Positions 1 to 10,305 of a stretch of 64,000 bases of DNA are shown here, piece by piece. The notes under the pieces were generated by a model that saw only the letters and a program-made list of their open reading frames with translations, had not been told where the DNA came from and searched no databases. The stretch is from a virus (Duplodnaviria; Caudoviricetes). Within the stretch, counting starts at the first letter, position 1, and each line of letters starts with the position of its first letter. The DNA lies in the IMG/VR virus record IMGVR_UViG_2885633469_000002, positions 1-64,000 of that record. The stretch is one strand, 5' to 3'. Position numbers and translations under genes: made by a program.

Positions 1-111
1 ACTGTAAAAGAAAGGTATACAGCATGTGTATCTGATACTAATAGATATAACATGTTGGGTGATGGTTGGACAATTAATGTGATAGCGCACATTTTAAAAG
101 GATTATGTTAG
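1..111 (+). CDS. DNA (cytosine-5)-methyltransferase, C-terminal end (truncated by window edge)
   Basis: Frame 1 reads TVKERYTACVSDTNRYNMLGDGWTINVIAHILKGLC*, matching C5-MTase motif X (RYkmLGNgWtv.VI.hIl). Confidence 0.75.
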   Translation, partial: TVKERYTACVSDTNRYNMLGDGWTINVIAHILKGLC

Positions 112-157
112 TGTTACAATTCAAAAAAAGTCTACATTTAAGAAAGAGGGTAATAGA

Positions 158-307
158 TTGGATAAAGAAGTAGAATATGATTTAAATATGTATAGGAAAT
201 GGAAGAATAACGTTGAGTATGCTTGTAAAGAAGCGAATATAACATTTGAACAAGCAGTAAAATTTATGGATGCACTGAGAGTAAACGAAATTAACGATAA
301 GTCATAA
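158..307 (+). CDS. small hypothetical protein (49 aa)
   Basis: TTG start after AAGAGGG; MDKEVEYDLNMYRKWKNN...; read by hand, not in ORF track. Confidence 0.55.
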   Translation: MDKEVEYDLNMYRKWKNNVEYACKEANITFEQAVKFMDALRVNEINDKS

Positions 308-391
308 TCACAAATATATTAATATAAAAGTTCAATTTTATAACATAAAACAATTTAAAGAGATAGTTTTAAAAAGGAAGGCGTTGAAATA

Positions 392-634
392 ATGAAAAAC
401 AAAATTTTTTCAGATGCATTGTTAGAAGTTGAAAAACAAGGTTTTAAAATTATAAAACAACCTAATGGAGAATATCATTGTATTTCACGTTGTAATTGTT
501 GTCAGCAACTATTTCTATATGAAGTAGACATTAAAGAAACTTGTGGGGAAGTAGAAATTGATAGGCTTCATTGGTACTGCGATGCTTGCGTAAATGAAAC
601 AATTCAAAGTTATGAAGGTGATTTAAATGTGTAA
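392..634 (+). CDS. hypothetical Cys-containing protein
   Basis: ORF with AAGGAAGG RBS; CxxC pairs. Confidence 0.65.
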   Translation: MKNKIFSDALLEVEKQGFKIIKQPNGEYHCISRCNCCQQLFLYEVDIKETCGEVEIDRLHWYCDACVNETIQSYEGDLNV

Positions 635-776
635 ACATGAAAACAGAAAACCAATTATTGAATATAATAAAAAAGGCGACAAAGTTGTATATTCAACAGT
701 TTGTCAGGATTGTTTTCAAGAATTTGTTATAAGTCCAATGTTATATAGTGAATACATAAGAATAATAAGGAGATAA
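627..776 (+). CDS. small hypothetical protein (49 aa)
   Basis: MCKHENRKPIIEY...CQDC; GAAGGTG RBS, overlaps the upstream stop. Confidence 0.55.
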   Translation: MCKHENRKPIIEYNKKGDKVVYSTVCQDCFQEFVISPMLYSEYIRIIRR

Positions 777-1320
777 AGATTTTCTAAAACAATTACAACA
801 TGAAATGTTAACTCAAGATACTGTTGGTCAAGCTAATCCTAGATTTTGGGTTATTAAGCAAGATGTAAAAATATATGGAATTGAAGATAGTTTCGATATT
901 ACAGGGCAAACAATTATTTATGATAATGAAGAAATAGGAGACTCTTTAGTAGAAGTTTATGATTTTTTGATAGATTGTATTTATGATAACTGTTTATAAT
1001 ATACAATTAAATTTTTAAATGGATCAATATTCATTGATGGATTTAAACCAATGAATACAATAGGAGATGTTTTTCATTTTATGAATGATGAATTGCATTT
1101 AGAAAATATAAGTTTAGTTAATTATAGAATTGAGAGACAAGTTGCTTCAGATACAATGTTTTTAACTTTAAGAGAATGCAAAGAACATATTAAGTCAAAT
1201 AATTATCATTATAAAAACCCTCGTCCATATGCTATGACTGCATGGAGAAGCCCACAGGTAGCAAGACTTTATGAAATACTTATGTATACAGATTGGGAAA
1301 AATGTTTAATTACAATATAA
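769..1320 (+). pseudogene. phage hypothetical gene split by an in-frame TAA
   Basis: ORFs 805-999 and 1051-1320 are in the same frame, separated only by TAA 997-999; the frame extends upstream (DKDFLKQLQHEMLTQ) without a start. Confidence 0.65.
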
Positions 1321-1338
1321 ACAGAAGGGGGAAATAAT

Positions 1339-1518
1339 ATGTAAGTTAAATATGAAGCTACAATTAAACTTACTGCAATAGGTGAAATTTATAGTAGAGA
1401 TAATCTAATAGATAATCCTAAAGAAAAATTTGATAAAAATATTAAACAAGTTTTAGAAGATGAAATTGGTGGAAAGGTAGATGTTAATATAGATTCAACA
1501 TTTAATATAGAAGAATAG
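1339..1518 (+). pseudogene. hypothetical gene with stop at codon 2
   Basis: Strong RBS AGAAGGGGG, then ATG-TAA, then an open frame VKYEATIKLTAIGEIY...NIEE* to 1518. Confidence 0.55.
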
Positions 1519-1530
1519 AGAGGGAGAGAT

Positions 1531-1737
1531 ATGAAAACAAAGATAGGATGTTTAATATTTATGATTGTATTAATTATAAATATTACTATAGGAGCATGGT
1601 CAATAATCGAAATATTATCTTGGTTTGGAAAATCAATTCCTTTATGGAGTAGTATTTTATTAGGTTTGTTTACAGGAGAATTTTTGATCCCTATAGCTAT
1701 AATAGGGAAAATATTAAGAATATGTGGGGTATTTTAA
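1531..1737 (+). CDS. small membrane protein
   Basis: Two hydrophobic segments; AGGGAG RBS. Confidence 0.7.
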   Translation: MKTKIGCLIFMIVLIINITIGAWSIIEILSWFGKSIPLWSSILLGLFTGEFLIPIAIIGKILRICGVF

Positions 1738-1740
1738 TAA

Positions 1741-1920
1741 ATGAACATTAACGACAAAGAAGAATTGCAAAAGTTATTGAATTTTACTTTTTATATAAGT
1801 GGAGAATGTCCTAATGAAATTCTAGGTTGCGATATAAGTTGTAAAACGATAGAAAATTGTGTGATGTGCTGGAGAAAAGCATTAAGTGAAAGAATTAATG
1901 TATTAAAAGAAGGTGAATAA
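1741..1920 (+). CDS. small Cys-containing hypothetical protein (59 aa)
   Basis: MNINDKEELQK...CPNEILGC...CVMCWRKAL; read by hand. Confidence 0.55.
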   Translation: MNINDKEELQKLLNFTFYISGECPNEILGCDISCKTIENCVMCWRKALSERINVLKEGE

Positions 1921-2277
1921 TATAGAAAATATTAAAACAATATGTACAAACTGTAATAAAAAAGCAGACATTATATCTTGTAGAAGAATTGAAAAAAATG
2001 AAGTTTTAATTACCTATATTTGTCCATATTGCGGTAATGGAGATGAAGGAATCCATTATTTATATGAAAATTTATTAAATGAAAGAGAAAAACAACTTTT
2101 GCACGAAGGAATTGCTTTACTAATAGAAGAGATAGAATTAGAGTTTGTCATGCTATCTGCCAAGCTTTAGCTTGTGATGAGGTTCAGTATCAAGTTGATA
2201 AAGGGACAGAAAGTTTGAAAGAATGTAGAGGAGATAAGCTTAAAGAAATTATTCAATTAAGGAACAAAATATTATAA
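1913..2277 (+). pseudogene. zinc-ribbon protein apparently interrupted by a 44-bp insertion
   Basis: CxxC...CPYC; removing 2144-2187 joins ...EIELE to YQVDKGTESLKECRG...NKIL* (TAA 2275-2277). Confidence 0.45.
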
Positions 2278-2319
2278 AATTTTAGTTTTAATAAAATTTA
2301 ATTTTGGAGGGATTTATTA

Positions 2320-2847
2320 ATGAAAAATCAATTACAAGAAGTTAAGAATCATTTTGCAAAGGAATTATTTGAAATGATGAAAATTGAAGCAAAGTGCAAT
2401 AATAATATTTTATTTGATTATTATAATCTAATTATAGCAAATATAGACAAGCATAATAATATGTTTAAAAATATATTAGAAAGTGGATTTGAGAAATTGG
2501 ATTATAATATAGATAGTTGGGGCTATGATGATGGAGAAATTAGTATTTATTTAAATAACAATACATACTTTAATATAAAATTAATAAGTGAATATGACAA
2601 TGTTTTTGATATTTATAGAAAAAGCTATAGTATTACAAAAACATCTAATATTATAGAAATTTCAGAAGAAGATACCAATGCAAATATATTACATCAAATT
2701 AAAATAGAAACAGAAAATAAACTACAACAATTCAGATTACAACAAAAACAAGATAAGCTAAATAAGCTAAACCAAATGTTAGAAGATAGAAAACAATTAA
2801 ATTTAGATATAGAAGAATTACAGAAAGAATTAGCATTTGTATCTTAA
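2320..2847 (+). CDS. hypothetical protein with C-terminal coiled coil
   Basis: GGAGG RBS; 175 aa. Confidence 0.75.
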   Translation: MKNQLQEVKNHFAKELFEMMKIEAKCNNNILFDYYNLIIANIDKHNNMFKNILESGFEKLDYNIDSWGYDDGEISIYLNNNTYFNIKLISEYDNVFDIYRKSYSITKTSNIIEISEEDTNANILHQIKIETENKLQQFRLQQKQDKLNKLNQMLEDRKQLNLDIEELQKELAFVS

Positions 2848-2880
2848 TTATAAACAATTCAATAAACAAAGGAGAAAAAT

Positions 2881-3375
2881 ATGTTAGAATTACTATTGCT
2901 ATTTATTTTAAAGATACTAGATAGTGGTATTTCAGTTGCGAAAACATTATTATTAATAAGAAATAAAGACTTTGCCTCAAGTATGTGTATGGCAATATCT
3001 CAGTTTCTATATTTGACTATACTTGTTAAAATAGCTAAAAATGATACAACATTAGGAATATTAGTGGTCTGTCTGGGAGCTTTTGTTGGTTCATATATAC
3101 CCAAATTTATTATAAGAAAAACAGATAAAGATAAAACATGGGTTTATGAAATATTACCTCAATCAACTCAACAAAGCCAAGAAATAGCAGATATACTAAG
3201 AAATAATGAATTAGAAGTTTTTACAATAAAAGGATATAATTTTGATATGGACAAGATATTGACTATCAAAGCATTTTCAAATAATAAAGAAGAAAGCAAT
3301 TTAATAGAAAATCTAATACCAAGAGGCGTATCTTTTCATGTAATAGAAATTAAAAAACAATTAAACTTATATTAA
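2881..3375 (+). CDS. DUF5698/DUF2179-like membrane protein
   Basis: Three N-terminal TM helices with G.F.G motif, then a soluble domain with IADILRNN..EVFTIKG. Confidence 0.6.
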   Translation: MLELLLLFILKILDSGISVAKTLLLIRNKDFASSMCMAISQFLYLTILVKIAKNDTTLGILVVCLGAFVGSYIPKFIIRKTDKDKTWVYEILPQSTQQSQEIADILRNNELEVFTIKGYNFDMDKILTIKAFSNNKEESNLIENLIPRGVSFHVIEIKKQLNLY

Positions 3376-3413
3376 TATAAAACAATTTAAAAAATATTAA
3401 AGGGGGCGATTAG

Positions 3414-4697
3414 ATGATTGATGTTTTAAAAATATTCAATGAAATTAAATCTATATCAAGTAGAGGTATAAAAGAAGAAATCTTGAAAAAAAATAAAAAT
3501 AATCAATTATTAGAAAATGTATTAAAATTTGTTTTTAACCCATATATAGTTACAGGGGTTAGCAAGAAGAAAATTAATAAAAAAGTCAACAATACATCAA
3601 ACCTATCTATTCCTATAATAAGCAATATCGTAAAAATGATGGATTATTTAAAAGAAAACAATACAGGAAAATATTTAGATATATTGGCAATTCAAAACTT
3701 TATTAAATTAGCTCCAAAAGAATTACAAGAATTATACACTCAAATAGCAACTAAATCCTTAAAAATAGGAATTACTGCAAAGACATTAAATAAAATATAT
3801 GGAAAAGGATTTATACCTGAATTTAATGTAATGTTGGCAAATAAATATTTTGACAGAATAGAAAAAGTAAAAGGAGAATTTATAATTACTACAAAATTAG
3901 ATGGAGGAAGAAGTGTAATTATAAAAGATAATGGCAAAATTAAAATATTCACTAGACAAGGACAATCTATTGAGGACTTAGTTGAAATTGAAGAAGAAGC
4001 AAAGTTATTGCCTGACAATATGGTATATGATGGCGAACTATTACTAAGAAATGATAAAGGATTAAAAAGTAAAGACTTATATAGGGCAACAATGAAAGAA
4101 ACTAGAAAAGACGGAATAAAGAAAAATTTAATATTCAATTGTTTTGATATACTGCCATTGGAGGATTTTAAAAATGGAATATGTAAAAAACCTTGTAAAG
4201 ATAGAAAATCTGAATTGCATGAAATAATGAAAAATCTAAAACTAAAACATATTATAGAAGTTCCTATATTATACATAGGCAAAGATCAAAATACAGTTTC
4301 AGAATTATTAGAGAAAGCAAGAAATAATGATGAAGAAGGCGTAATGGTCAATATATCAAATGCACCGTATGAATGTAAAAGAAGTAATAATTTGTTAAAA
4401 GTTAAAGTAATGCAAAGTGCAGATTTAAAAATAATAGGATTTGAAAAAGGAGATGGTAAATTTTCTAATACATTAGGTAAAATTATAGTGAATTATAAAG
4501 GATATAAAGTAGGTTGTGGAAGTGGTTTTACTGATGAAGATAGAGAATATATATGGAATAATCAAGATAAGTTATTAGGCAGAATAGCAGAAATACAATA
4601 TTTTGAAGAAACTAAAAATCAAAATGGTGGAATATCAATAAGATTCCCTGTTTTTAAATCTATAAGAGAAGAAGGAAAAGAAGTTAGTTATAAATAA
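3414..4697 (+). CDS. lig: ATP-dependent DNA ligase
   Basis: KLDG motif I, YDGEL, FDIL, EEGVM, LLKVK and C-terminal RFPVF..IR. Confidence 0.95.
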   Translation: MIDVLKIFNEIKSISSRGIKEEILKKNKNNQLLENVLKFVFNPYIVTGVSKKKINKKVNNTSNLSIPIISNIVKMMDYLKENNTGKYLDILAIQNFIKLAPKELQELYTQIATKSLKIGITAKTLNKIYGKGFIPEFNVMLANKYFDRIEKVKGEFIITTKLDGGRSVIIKDNGKIKIFTRQGQSIEDLVEIEEEAKLLPDNMVYDGELLLRNDKGLKSKDLYRATMKETRKDGIKKNLIFNCFDILPLEDFKNGICKKPCKDRKSELHEIMKNLKLKHIIEVPILYIGKDQNTVSELLEKARNNDEEGVMVNISNAPYECKRSNNLLKVKVMQSADLKIIGFEKGDGKFSNTLGKIIVNYKGYKVGCGSGFTDEDREYIWNNQDKLLGRIAEIQYFEETKNQNGGISIRFPVFKSIREEGKEVSYK

Positions 4698-4766
4698 TTA
4701 AATATTTAAAGATAATATAGTAACAGCTCTATTGATGTTATAAATTTATAGAAAGGATTGTTTTAA

Positions 4767-5621
4767 ATGAGTCTTAATAAAGTAGCTAAGGAAATGACTA
4801 GAGAAGAATTTTTAAATAGCAAATATGTCAAAGAAGTAGATGAAGAAGGTGATATAACGTATAAATGCATTGAAGATTATATTTTCTCTATAGATGATTG
4901 TTGTTCTAACTGTAATGGTTGTTGGGAAAATGCTATTAAAGATATTAAATTTAAAGGGGAAGATAATATGAAATTTGATTGGGAAGGATTTAAAAATAAT
5001 GATTTTGTGGTATTATGCGATACAGAAGAAAAAGCAAAGGATTTTTTAAAACAATGCGATAAAAGAGCATTAAGTTGGTGTGGTGGTGAATCAGCAGAAA
5101 ATTATATATACTATAAAGGTTGCGATACTTGTTATAGTTATAATTTTAATAATCATGAACATCTTCAATATAGCAGCAAGAGTTTTTATTTAGATAACGG
5201 ATGTAAGGTCGTAGAATGGGGAACAGAAAATAAAATAGATTATGATAGAGAATATAATATTATGGAGATTATGGAGTTCCCCGAAGAAACAATATTTAAT
5301 ACTGAAGGTTATGATTTTAAAGTTACAAATGGTGAGTTGAGATTAAAAGATAACACAGGTGTTTGGATACTGGAACATCTAAGAAAAGGAATAATAACTT
5401 CTAAGTTTAAATTAGCTAAGAAAGATAAAAAAGTAAGTTTTAAAGAAGCTATACAATCTTATGGAAATCATATTTACTGTATTTGGGAAGATTGCAACGG
5501 ACTAAAAAAGAGAACTTATTATTTTATAAAAAATAAATATGTTCAAATAGAAGGTGATTTTATACACTCCATGTGTCCTGAACAAATACTAAATGGTGAA
5601 TGGTATATAAAACAGAATTAA
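4767..5621 (+). CDS. multi-module phage hypothetical protein
   Basis: 284 aa; internal RBS-ATG (AAAGGGGAAGATAATATG) suggests fused modules. Confidence 0.7.
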   Translation: MSLNKVAKEMTREEFLNSKYVKEVDEEGDITYKCIEDYIFSIDDCCSNCNGCWENAIKDIKFKGEDNMKFDWEGFKNNDFVVLCDTEEKAKDFLKQCDKRALSWCGGESAENYIYYKGCDTCYSYNFNNHEHLQYSSKSFYLDNGCKVVEWGTENKIDYDREYNIMEIMEFPEETIFNTEGYDFKVTNGELRLKDNTGVWILEHLRKGIITSKFKLAKKDKKVSFKEAIQSYGNHIYCIWEDCNGLKKRTYYFIKNKYVQIEGDFIHSMCPEQILNGEWYIKQN

Positions 5622-5704
5622 TTACATAAATAAGGTGATAAAACCATTCTTTTATAAATAAAATAATTTAATAAAGACAACAGAAAAATATTGGAGGTAA
5701 TAAA

Positions 5705-6067
5705 ATGAAATGTAGTTTATGCAATGAAGAGATACAGAACTCAAAAATAATTTGTGACAAATGTGGTGAAGAACAGAGAATTATGAACAATGATTTAGTT
5801 GATTATTTAATAGAAAAATATAAAGAATACAATAATAGAATTATTCAATATAGCAAAGATGAATACTATGATACTTATGAAACTAGAGCAGCAAAGCAAA
5901 CTCAAATTAAAATTTATAAAGAGATTGTTACAATATTAAAGATGGCATTAAAAGGTTATACGAATATTGATATAGAAAACGTAGAAATTGAAGAATATCC
6001 TATTTCAAAACCTAGAATGTGCGATATGTATAAAGGTAAGATATGTGATGGGTGTGGAGACTGTTAA
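5705..6067 (+). CDS. Cys-rich hypothetical protein
   Basis: CxxC motifs at both ends; GGAGG RBS. Confidence 0.7.
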   Translation: MKCSLCNEEIQNSKIICDKCGEEQRIMNNDLVDYLIEKYKEYNNRIIQYSKDEYYDTYETRAAKQTQIKIYKEIVTILKMALKGYTNIDIENVEIEEYPISKPRMCDMYKGKICDGCGDC

Positions 6068-6149
6068 AGAATATAATAAATTAATCAATATTAATAAAAT
6101 AAATGATTTATTATAATCTGAAATCATTGTGAAAAAAGGGGAAAATTAA

Positions 6150-6311
6150 ATGATAATAGTAAATGGAAAGCTTTTAGAAGCAGATGAACCAAGATTTTAT
6201 TTAGATGATGATAATATATGTTATGGCTGTCAATATTATGGCGAAAATGGTTGTGAAACTAAAGATATTTGTATAGAAGGACAATTAAATGATTATAGAC
6301 TAGATGGCTAG
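6150..6311 (+). CDS. small Cys-rich hypothetical protein (53 aa)
   Basis: MIIVNGKLLEADEP...CYGCQYY; AAGGGG RBS. Confidence 0.5.
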   Translation: MIIVNGKLLEADEPRFYLDDDNICYGCQYYGENGCETKDICIEGQLNDYRLDG

Positions 6312-6669
6312 TATAGGAGGAAATATGAGCATAAAAAATAAATTAAAAGAAAGACTTTTAGAAATTCCAATAAATCATAGTGCATTTAGAGAAAAACATA
6401 GATTAGTAAATGATTTAGAAATTGACTTCAAAAAAGTTGAATTTTATCTAACTGAATTAGTTGAATTAGGTATTTTAATAAAGAAAACTCAATATATATG
6501 TCCTAATTGTGGTGATACAACGACTATGGATAATAAATTGTTAAATGAAGTAGTTGAAGATGGGTATTTTGAGTGTGATAACTGCATGGATTTTATAAAC
6601 CCTAATAAAAATATTACAGGATATGTTTATTATGATATAAAAGACAAAGCATTATTAGAAACTTGGTAA
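6304..6669 (+). CDS. zinc-ribbon hypothetical protein (likely start at MSIK)
   Basis: CPNC...CDNC; AGGAGG RBS before MSIK. Confidence 0.7.
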   Translation: MASIGGNMSIKNKLKERLLEIPINHSAFREKHRLVNDLEIDFKKVEFYLTELVELGILIKKTQYICPNCGDTTTMDNKLLNEVVEDGYFECDNCMDFINPNKNITGYVYYDIKDKALLETW

Positions 6670-6705
6670 TTCGCAATTCAAATATATTATAAAGGAGTAA
6701 TAACT

Positions 6706-6894
6706 ATGAAAGTAACAAAAGTATATGAAGTTGGAGATGTTTTCGATAATTTCGGAGACAAAGAAATTTTAGTATGGATAGAAGATGATAAATATACTAT
6801 TAGAATATGTTATCCAGACGGAATAGAGCATTATACTGTTAATAAAAAATATCTTGATAAATTAAAATACGTTGAAACTATTGAATTAAAATAA
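6706..6894 (+). CDS. hypothetical protein
   Basis: AAGGAG RBS. Confidence 0.65.
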   Translation: MKVTKVYEVGDVFDNFGDKEILVWIEDDKYTIRICYPDGIEHYTVNKKYLDKLKYVETIELK

Positions 6895-6898
6895 GGAA

Positions 6899-7087
6899 GT
6901 GGTTATTATGAAAGAAAATAGAATTTATTTAGATGGTAGATTAATTAATATTTGTTATAACGAATTTGCTTTAATGAATAACTTTACTAGCTATGTCAAC
7001 AAATATGGAAAAGATAGAATTACATTAAAAAGATTAGATGAAACTGTAATGGATAAAGAAAAGAAAGAATGGTTAGATAGTTTATAA
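6899..7087 (+). CDS. hypothetical protein
   Basis: ORF in the co-oriented array. Confidence 0.6.
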   Translation: MVIMKENRIYLDGRLINICYNEFALMNNFTSYVNKYGKDRITLKRLDETVMDKEKKEWLDSL

Positions 7088-7132
7088 AATTTAGATTTTA
7101 ACTTAAAATAATTTATTAAATGGAGGGACTAT

Positions 7133-7678
7133 ATGAAATATATAAGTGTAGAAAAATTTTTAAAACAATCCAAAGAAATCCAAAAGGCATTTATAGATTG
7201 GTGGCAACCTGAATTTGGAGATTTGTTTTTAGAAAATTATTTTGATATGGATAGTATCATAAATGTAGTAGGTTGTGTACCTATTAATAAAAAACATTTT
7301 GAAGATTATGATGGAAATATACATTATAAAACAGATTTAGTAATATCACTATTAACAGAAGGACAATTAAGACAATTTATAGAAGACAAAACAAAATGTA
7401 AAATAGAGTTAGATATTAGTAGTGATATAGGCTATAAGGGGTATAATTTATACTTACGAAAGAATTGGGGAAACGACGATTATGAATATCCTTACAAACC
7501 ATTTGAAAATCTTAGTAACAATTTACTTGAAGCATATTGGCAAGTAGCTTGTCAAATAGCAGAAAAAGAAACTAATAATCAAAAACAAAGTATAATATCA
7601 ACAAATAAACAAGGTTTACCTATTATTAAAGGTGGAGGTAAGACTATGAGGGAGATGTATAATGAAGGATACAAATAA
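7133..7678 (+). CDS. clostridial phage hypothetical protein
   Basis: GGAGG RBS; FIDWWQP..GDL, LTEGQLRQFIEDKT, LLEAYWQVAC. Confidence 0.75.
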   Translation: MKYISVEKFLKQSKEIQKAFIDWWQPEFGDLFLENYFDMDSIINVVGCVPINKKHFEDYDGNIHYKTDLVISLLTEGQLRQFIEDKTKCKIELDISSDIGYKGYNLYLRKNWGNDDYEYPYKPFENLSNNLLEAYWQVACQIAEKETNNQKQSIISTNKQGLPIIKGGGKTMREMYNEGYK

Positions 7679-7880
7679 TAATTTAAAAGATAAGGTTAAA
7701 ATGGATTTAACAAATTTCTTAGCTTTTATAGGTATTTTTAGTTTAATAGAAATTATAGCAGTATTATCAGAGTTATTTATACATAAAAATATTCAATTTA
7801 ATCCTATAAACAATGTTTTAATTTCTTTTTTATCAATATCTTTATATTACAATTATAAAAATTGGATTAAAGAAAGGTAG
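7662..7880 (+). CDS. small membrane protein
   Basis: Two hydrophobic segments. Confidence 0.6.
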   Translation: MKDTNNNLKDKVKMDLTNFLAFIGIFSLIEIIAVLSELFIHKNIQFNPINNVLISFLSISLYYNYKNWIKER

Positions 7881-7887
7881 TGATTTT

Positions 7888-8052
7888 ATGGTTGATAAGA
7901 GGTTAAATATGGATCTACTAGACGAATTTGATGTAAGTATAGACAGAATCGTCACTTTATTAAATGGTCTTAAGGATAACAAACTATTAAATGAATTAGA
8001 GAAATTATCTAAAGAATTATCTAAAAACAGTTCGTGGAAGAAAATATCATAA
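7888..8052 (+). CDS. small hypothetical protein (54 aa)
   Basis: MVDKRLNMDLLDEFDVSIDRIV...; AAAGGTAG RBS; read by hand. Confidence 0.55.
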   Translation: MVDKRLNMDLLDEFDVSIDRIVTLLNGLKDNKLLNELEKLSKELSKNSSWKKIS

Positions 8053-8076
8053 AAAGTTAATTTTATATACAATAAT

Positions 8077-8574
8077 TTGCTAAAGGAGAAAATAAAAATG
8101 AATATCATATTTAGCTTAATGTTACTGTTACTGGGATGCTTCTTGTTAATAATAATCATGGGTATAACCGCACTTGTAGAAGGGTTTAAAGATAGAAGTA
8201 TATTCTCTATCTCAATTGGATTAATAGCTATATTAATAGGAATTGGGCTACCTTTAGGTAAGTTTTATGACTATAATCAAGATTCAAAAGCAACAAAAGA
8301 TACAATACCAGTTGCTTTAAAAATTGAAAATAAAGAGCATAAAAATGCATATACTCAAGTTATTTCTAATGGTAAAACTACTTCTTGTATATATCATGCT
8401 GAACAAAACAATATAATCGTAACAGATGGAGAAAATGAAGAAACCATAGATAATATAACATTATATAATGCACTTAATAAAGGTGATAAAGTAAAGGGTT
8501 ATAAAATTTTATATAAGAAAAAGAATGGCGAAATATATAAGATTAAATTAAAAGTTAAAGAAGATAATAAGTAA
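8077..8574 (+). CDS. membrane-anchored hypothetical protein
   Basis: Two TM helices then a soluble domain; likely start at ATG 8098. Confidence 0.7.
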   Translation: MLKEKIKMNIIFSLMLLLLGCFLLIIIMGITALVEGFKDRSIFSISIGLIAILIGIGLPLGKFYDYNQDSKATKDTIPVALKIENKEHKNAYTQVISNGKTTSCIYHAEQNNIIVTDGENEETIDNITLYNALNKGDKVKGYKILYKKKNGEIYKIKLKVKEDNK

Positions 8575-8599
8575 TAATTTAATAAAGGAGATTGATATA

Positions 8600-8861
8600 G
8601 TGGGAGAAGATATATTCTTAGATAACTGGACGGTATATATTGATGGACAACCTTTTAATGCGACAATAACAGAAATAGATTATAAAAAAAATATCAGAAA
8701 GTCAACCAAATAACATTCAATCAATCAAGCTATTTAATACTTCTATACCTATAAAGCTAACAGATAGTAATATTAAAAAATTAATAAATATCTATAGTAA
8801 GACTAAAAAGTTTAGAATTAAAAAGAAATTAACAAAAAGAATAAATGATTTTATTAGCTAA
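8600..8861 (+). pseudogene. hypothetical gene frameshifted at an A8 tract
   Basis: GTG after AAGGAG; deleting one A at 8684-8691 gives one ORF ending ...KTKKFRIKKKLTKRINDFIS*. Confidence 0.5.
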
Positions 8862-9162
8862 ACTTTAAGAAAAAAGAGAAAAACTAAGGAGGTTTTAAAA
8901 ATGAATAAATATCAAAAACAATTAAGCAAAAGAATAAAACGATGCTCTCGGATACTAAAAGAGGATTATAAAACAGTGAGAAATTACTACATAAAAGGAA
9001 AAAGTAAAAGACTGGTATTAATATAAATAATAATGATAATACATATAAGCCTTTAAAAGAAATTTTAGAAGAAATATCTGATAAGTGGAATGAATTAATA
9101 AATTAGCTAATAAAATATTGCTTTTATATTAATGTAAAATAATTTGATAAATTATAAAGGAG

Positions 9163-10263
9163 ATGGTTAATATAGAATTTAAAAAATTCAACCCCTTAAA
9201 TGTAAGTAGTAAATTTGCAATTTGTGGTCTTCCACTAAGAGTAGACACATATAAAACTTGTTCTTTTAATTGTAAATATTGTTTTTCAAATTATAGAGAA
9301 ATAATGAAATTTAAAAAAGAATTACAAATAGCAAATTTATTTATGTTAGAAAGAAAATTAAAAAAAATAAAGGAAGAGCATCAAATTAAAGAAAATAATT
9401 TTTTAGATACTTTGATATCACAAGATATTACATGGCATTGTGGAGGCATGTCAGATCCTTTTCAGCCAATTGAAGAAGAATTACATATTACAAAACAAAT
9501 GATAGATATAACAAATAAATATAATATACATATTTTATTCTCAACAAAAACAGATAATCTGTATAAATGTAATGTAATGCAGAATTTACATACTTTTCAA
9601 TTTAGTGTTACTAATTTAGAAAATAAAAAAGATATTGAACCTAACGTACCAGATATAAATAAAAGAATAAAGCTATATAAAGACTTGAAAAAAGATGGAT
9701 TTAAAGTTGGAATTAGAGTACAACCGTTTATTCCTAATATAACAAAAGATAATATTGTTGATGAATTTAGAGATGCGGATTATTTCACTATAGAAGGATT
9801 GAAATTAGTTCCACAAAACAAAGAACAAAAAGAATATTTGTTAAAGTTATTAAATTTGAACAAAGAAGATTTTACTCAAATGGGACTACTAAATCTAAAG
9901 CCAGAAATCAGATTGCAAATGTATAAAAATTTTATAAATAAATTAAAGTCTTATAATATACCATTTAGTATTGCTGACAATGATATGCATTACATATCTT
10001 CAGGGAATTGTTGTTGTGGAGACCCCTTAATACATAAATCTACGTCATTTAATAATACTTCTTTAATACAAAAATATGGAACGAATTATTCATTGGAAAA
10101 TGTTTTAAAAGAAGTAGATGCTTGTGGGGGCTGTAAAGCAAATCAATTGTTTACATCAAATAGACAAGAAGGATGTGTAAGTGTAAACGACTTTTTTATA
10201 AAAAGATTTGACAGAAAAACGTCTCCTTTTTCTCCTAAGTTTTTATATTGCAACAAAAGCTAA
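9163..10263 (+). CDS. radical SAM protein, spore-photoproduct-lyase-like family
   Basis: DTY..CSFNCKYC, GGMSDPFQPIE, STK, IEPNVP...R, RVQPFIP, C-terminal CCCG. Confidence 0.85.
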   Translation: MVNIEFKKFNPLNVSSKFAICGLPLRVDTYKTCSFNCKYCFSNYREIMKFKKELQIANLFMLERKLKKIKEEHQIKENNFLDTLISQDITWHCGGMSDPFQPIEEELHITKQMIDITNKYNIHILFSTKTDNLYKCNVMQNLHTFQFSVTNLENKKDIEPNVPDINKRIKLYKDLKKDGFKVGIRVQPFIPNITKDNIVDEFRDADYFTIEGLKLVPQNKEQKEYLLKLLNLNKEDFTQMGLLNLKPEIRLQMYKNFINKLKSYNIPFSIADNDMHYISSGNCCCGDPLIHKSTSFNNTSLIQKYGTNYSLENVLKEVDACGGCKANQLFTSNRQEGCVSVNDFFIKRFDRKTSPFSPKFLYCNKS

Positions 10264-10305
10264 TATCAATTAGAAACAATTTAATAATAGAAAGGAATAA
10301 AGACA

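Noticed and set aside
997-1344. Stop-codon reassignment (TAA read-through)
   Set aside because: TAA is the normal terminator of most intact genes in the window.
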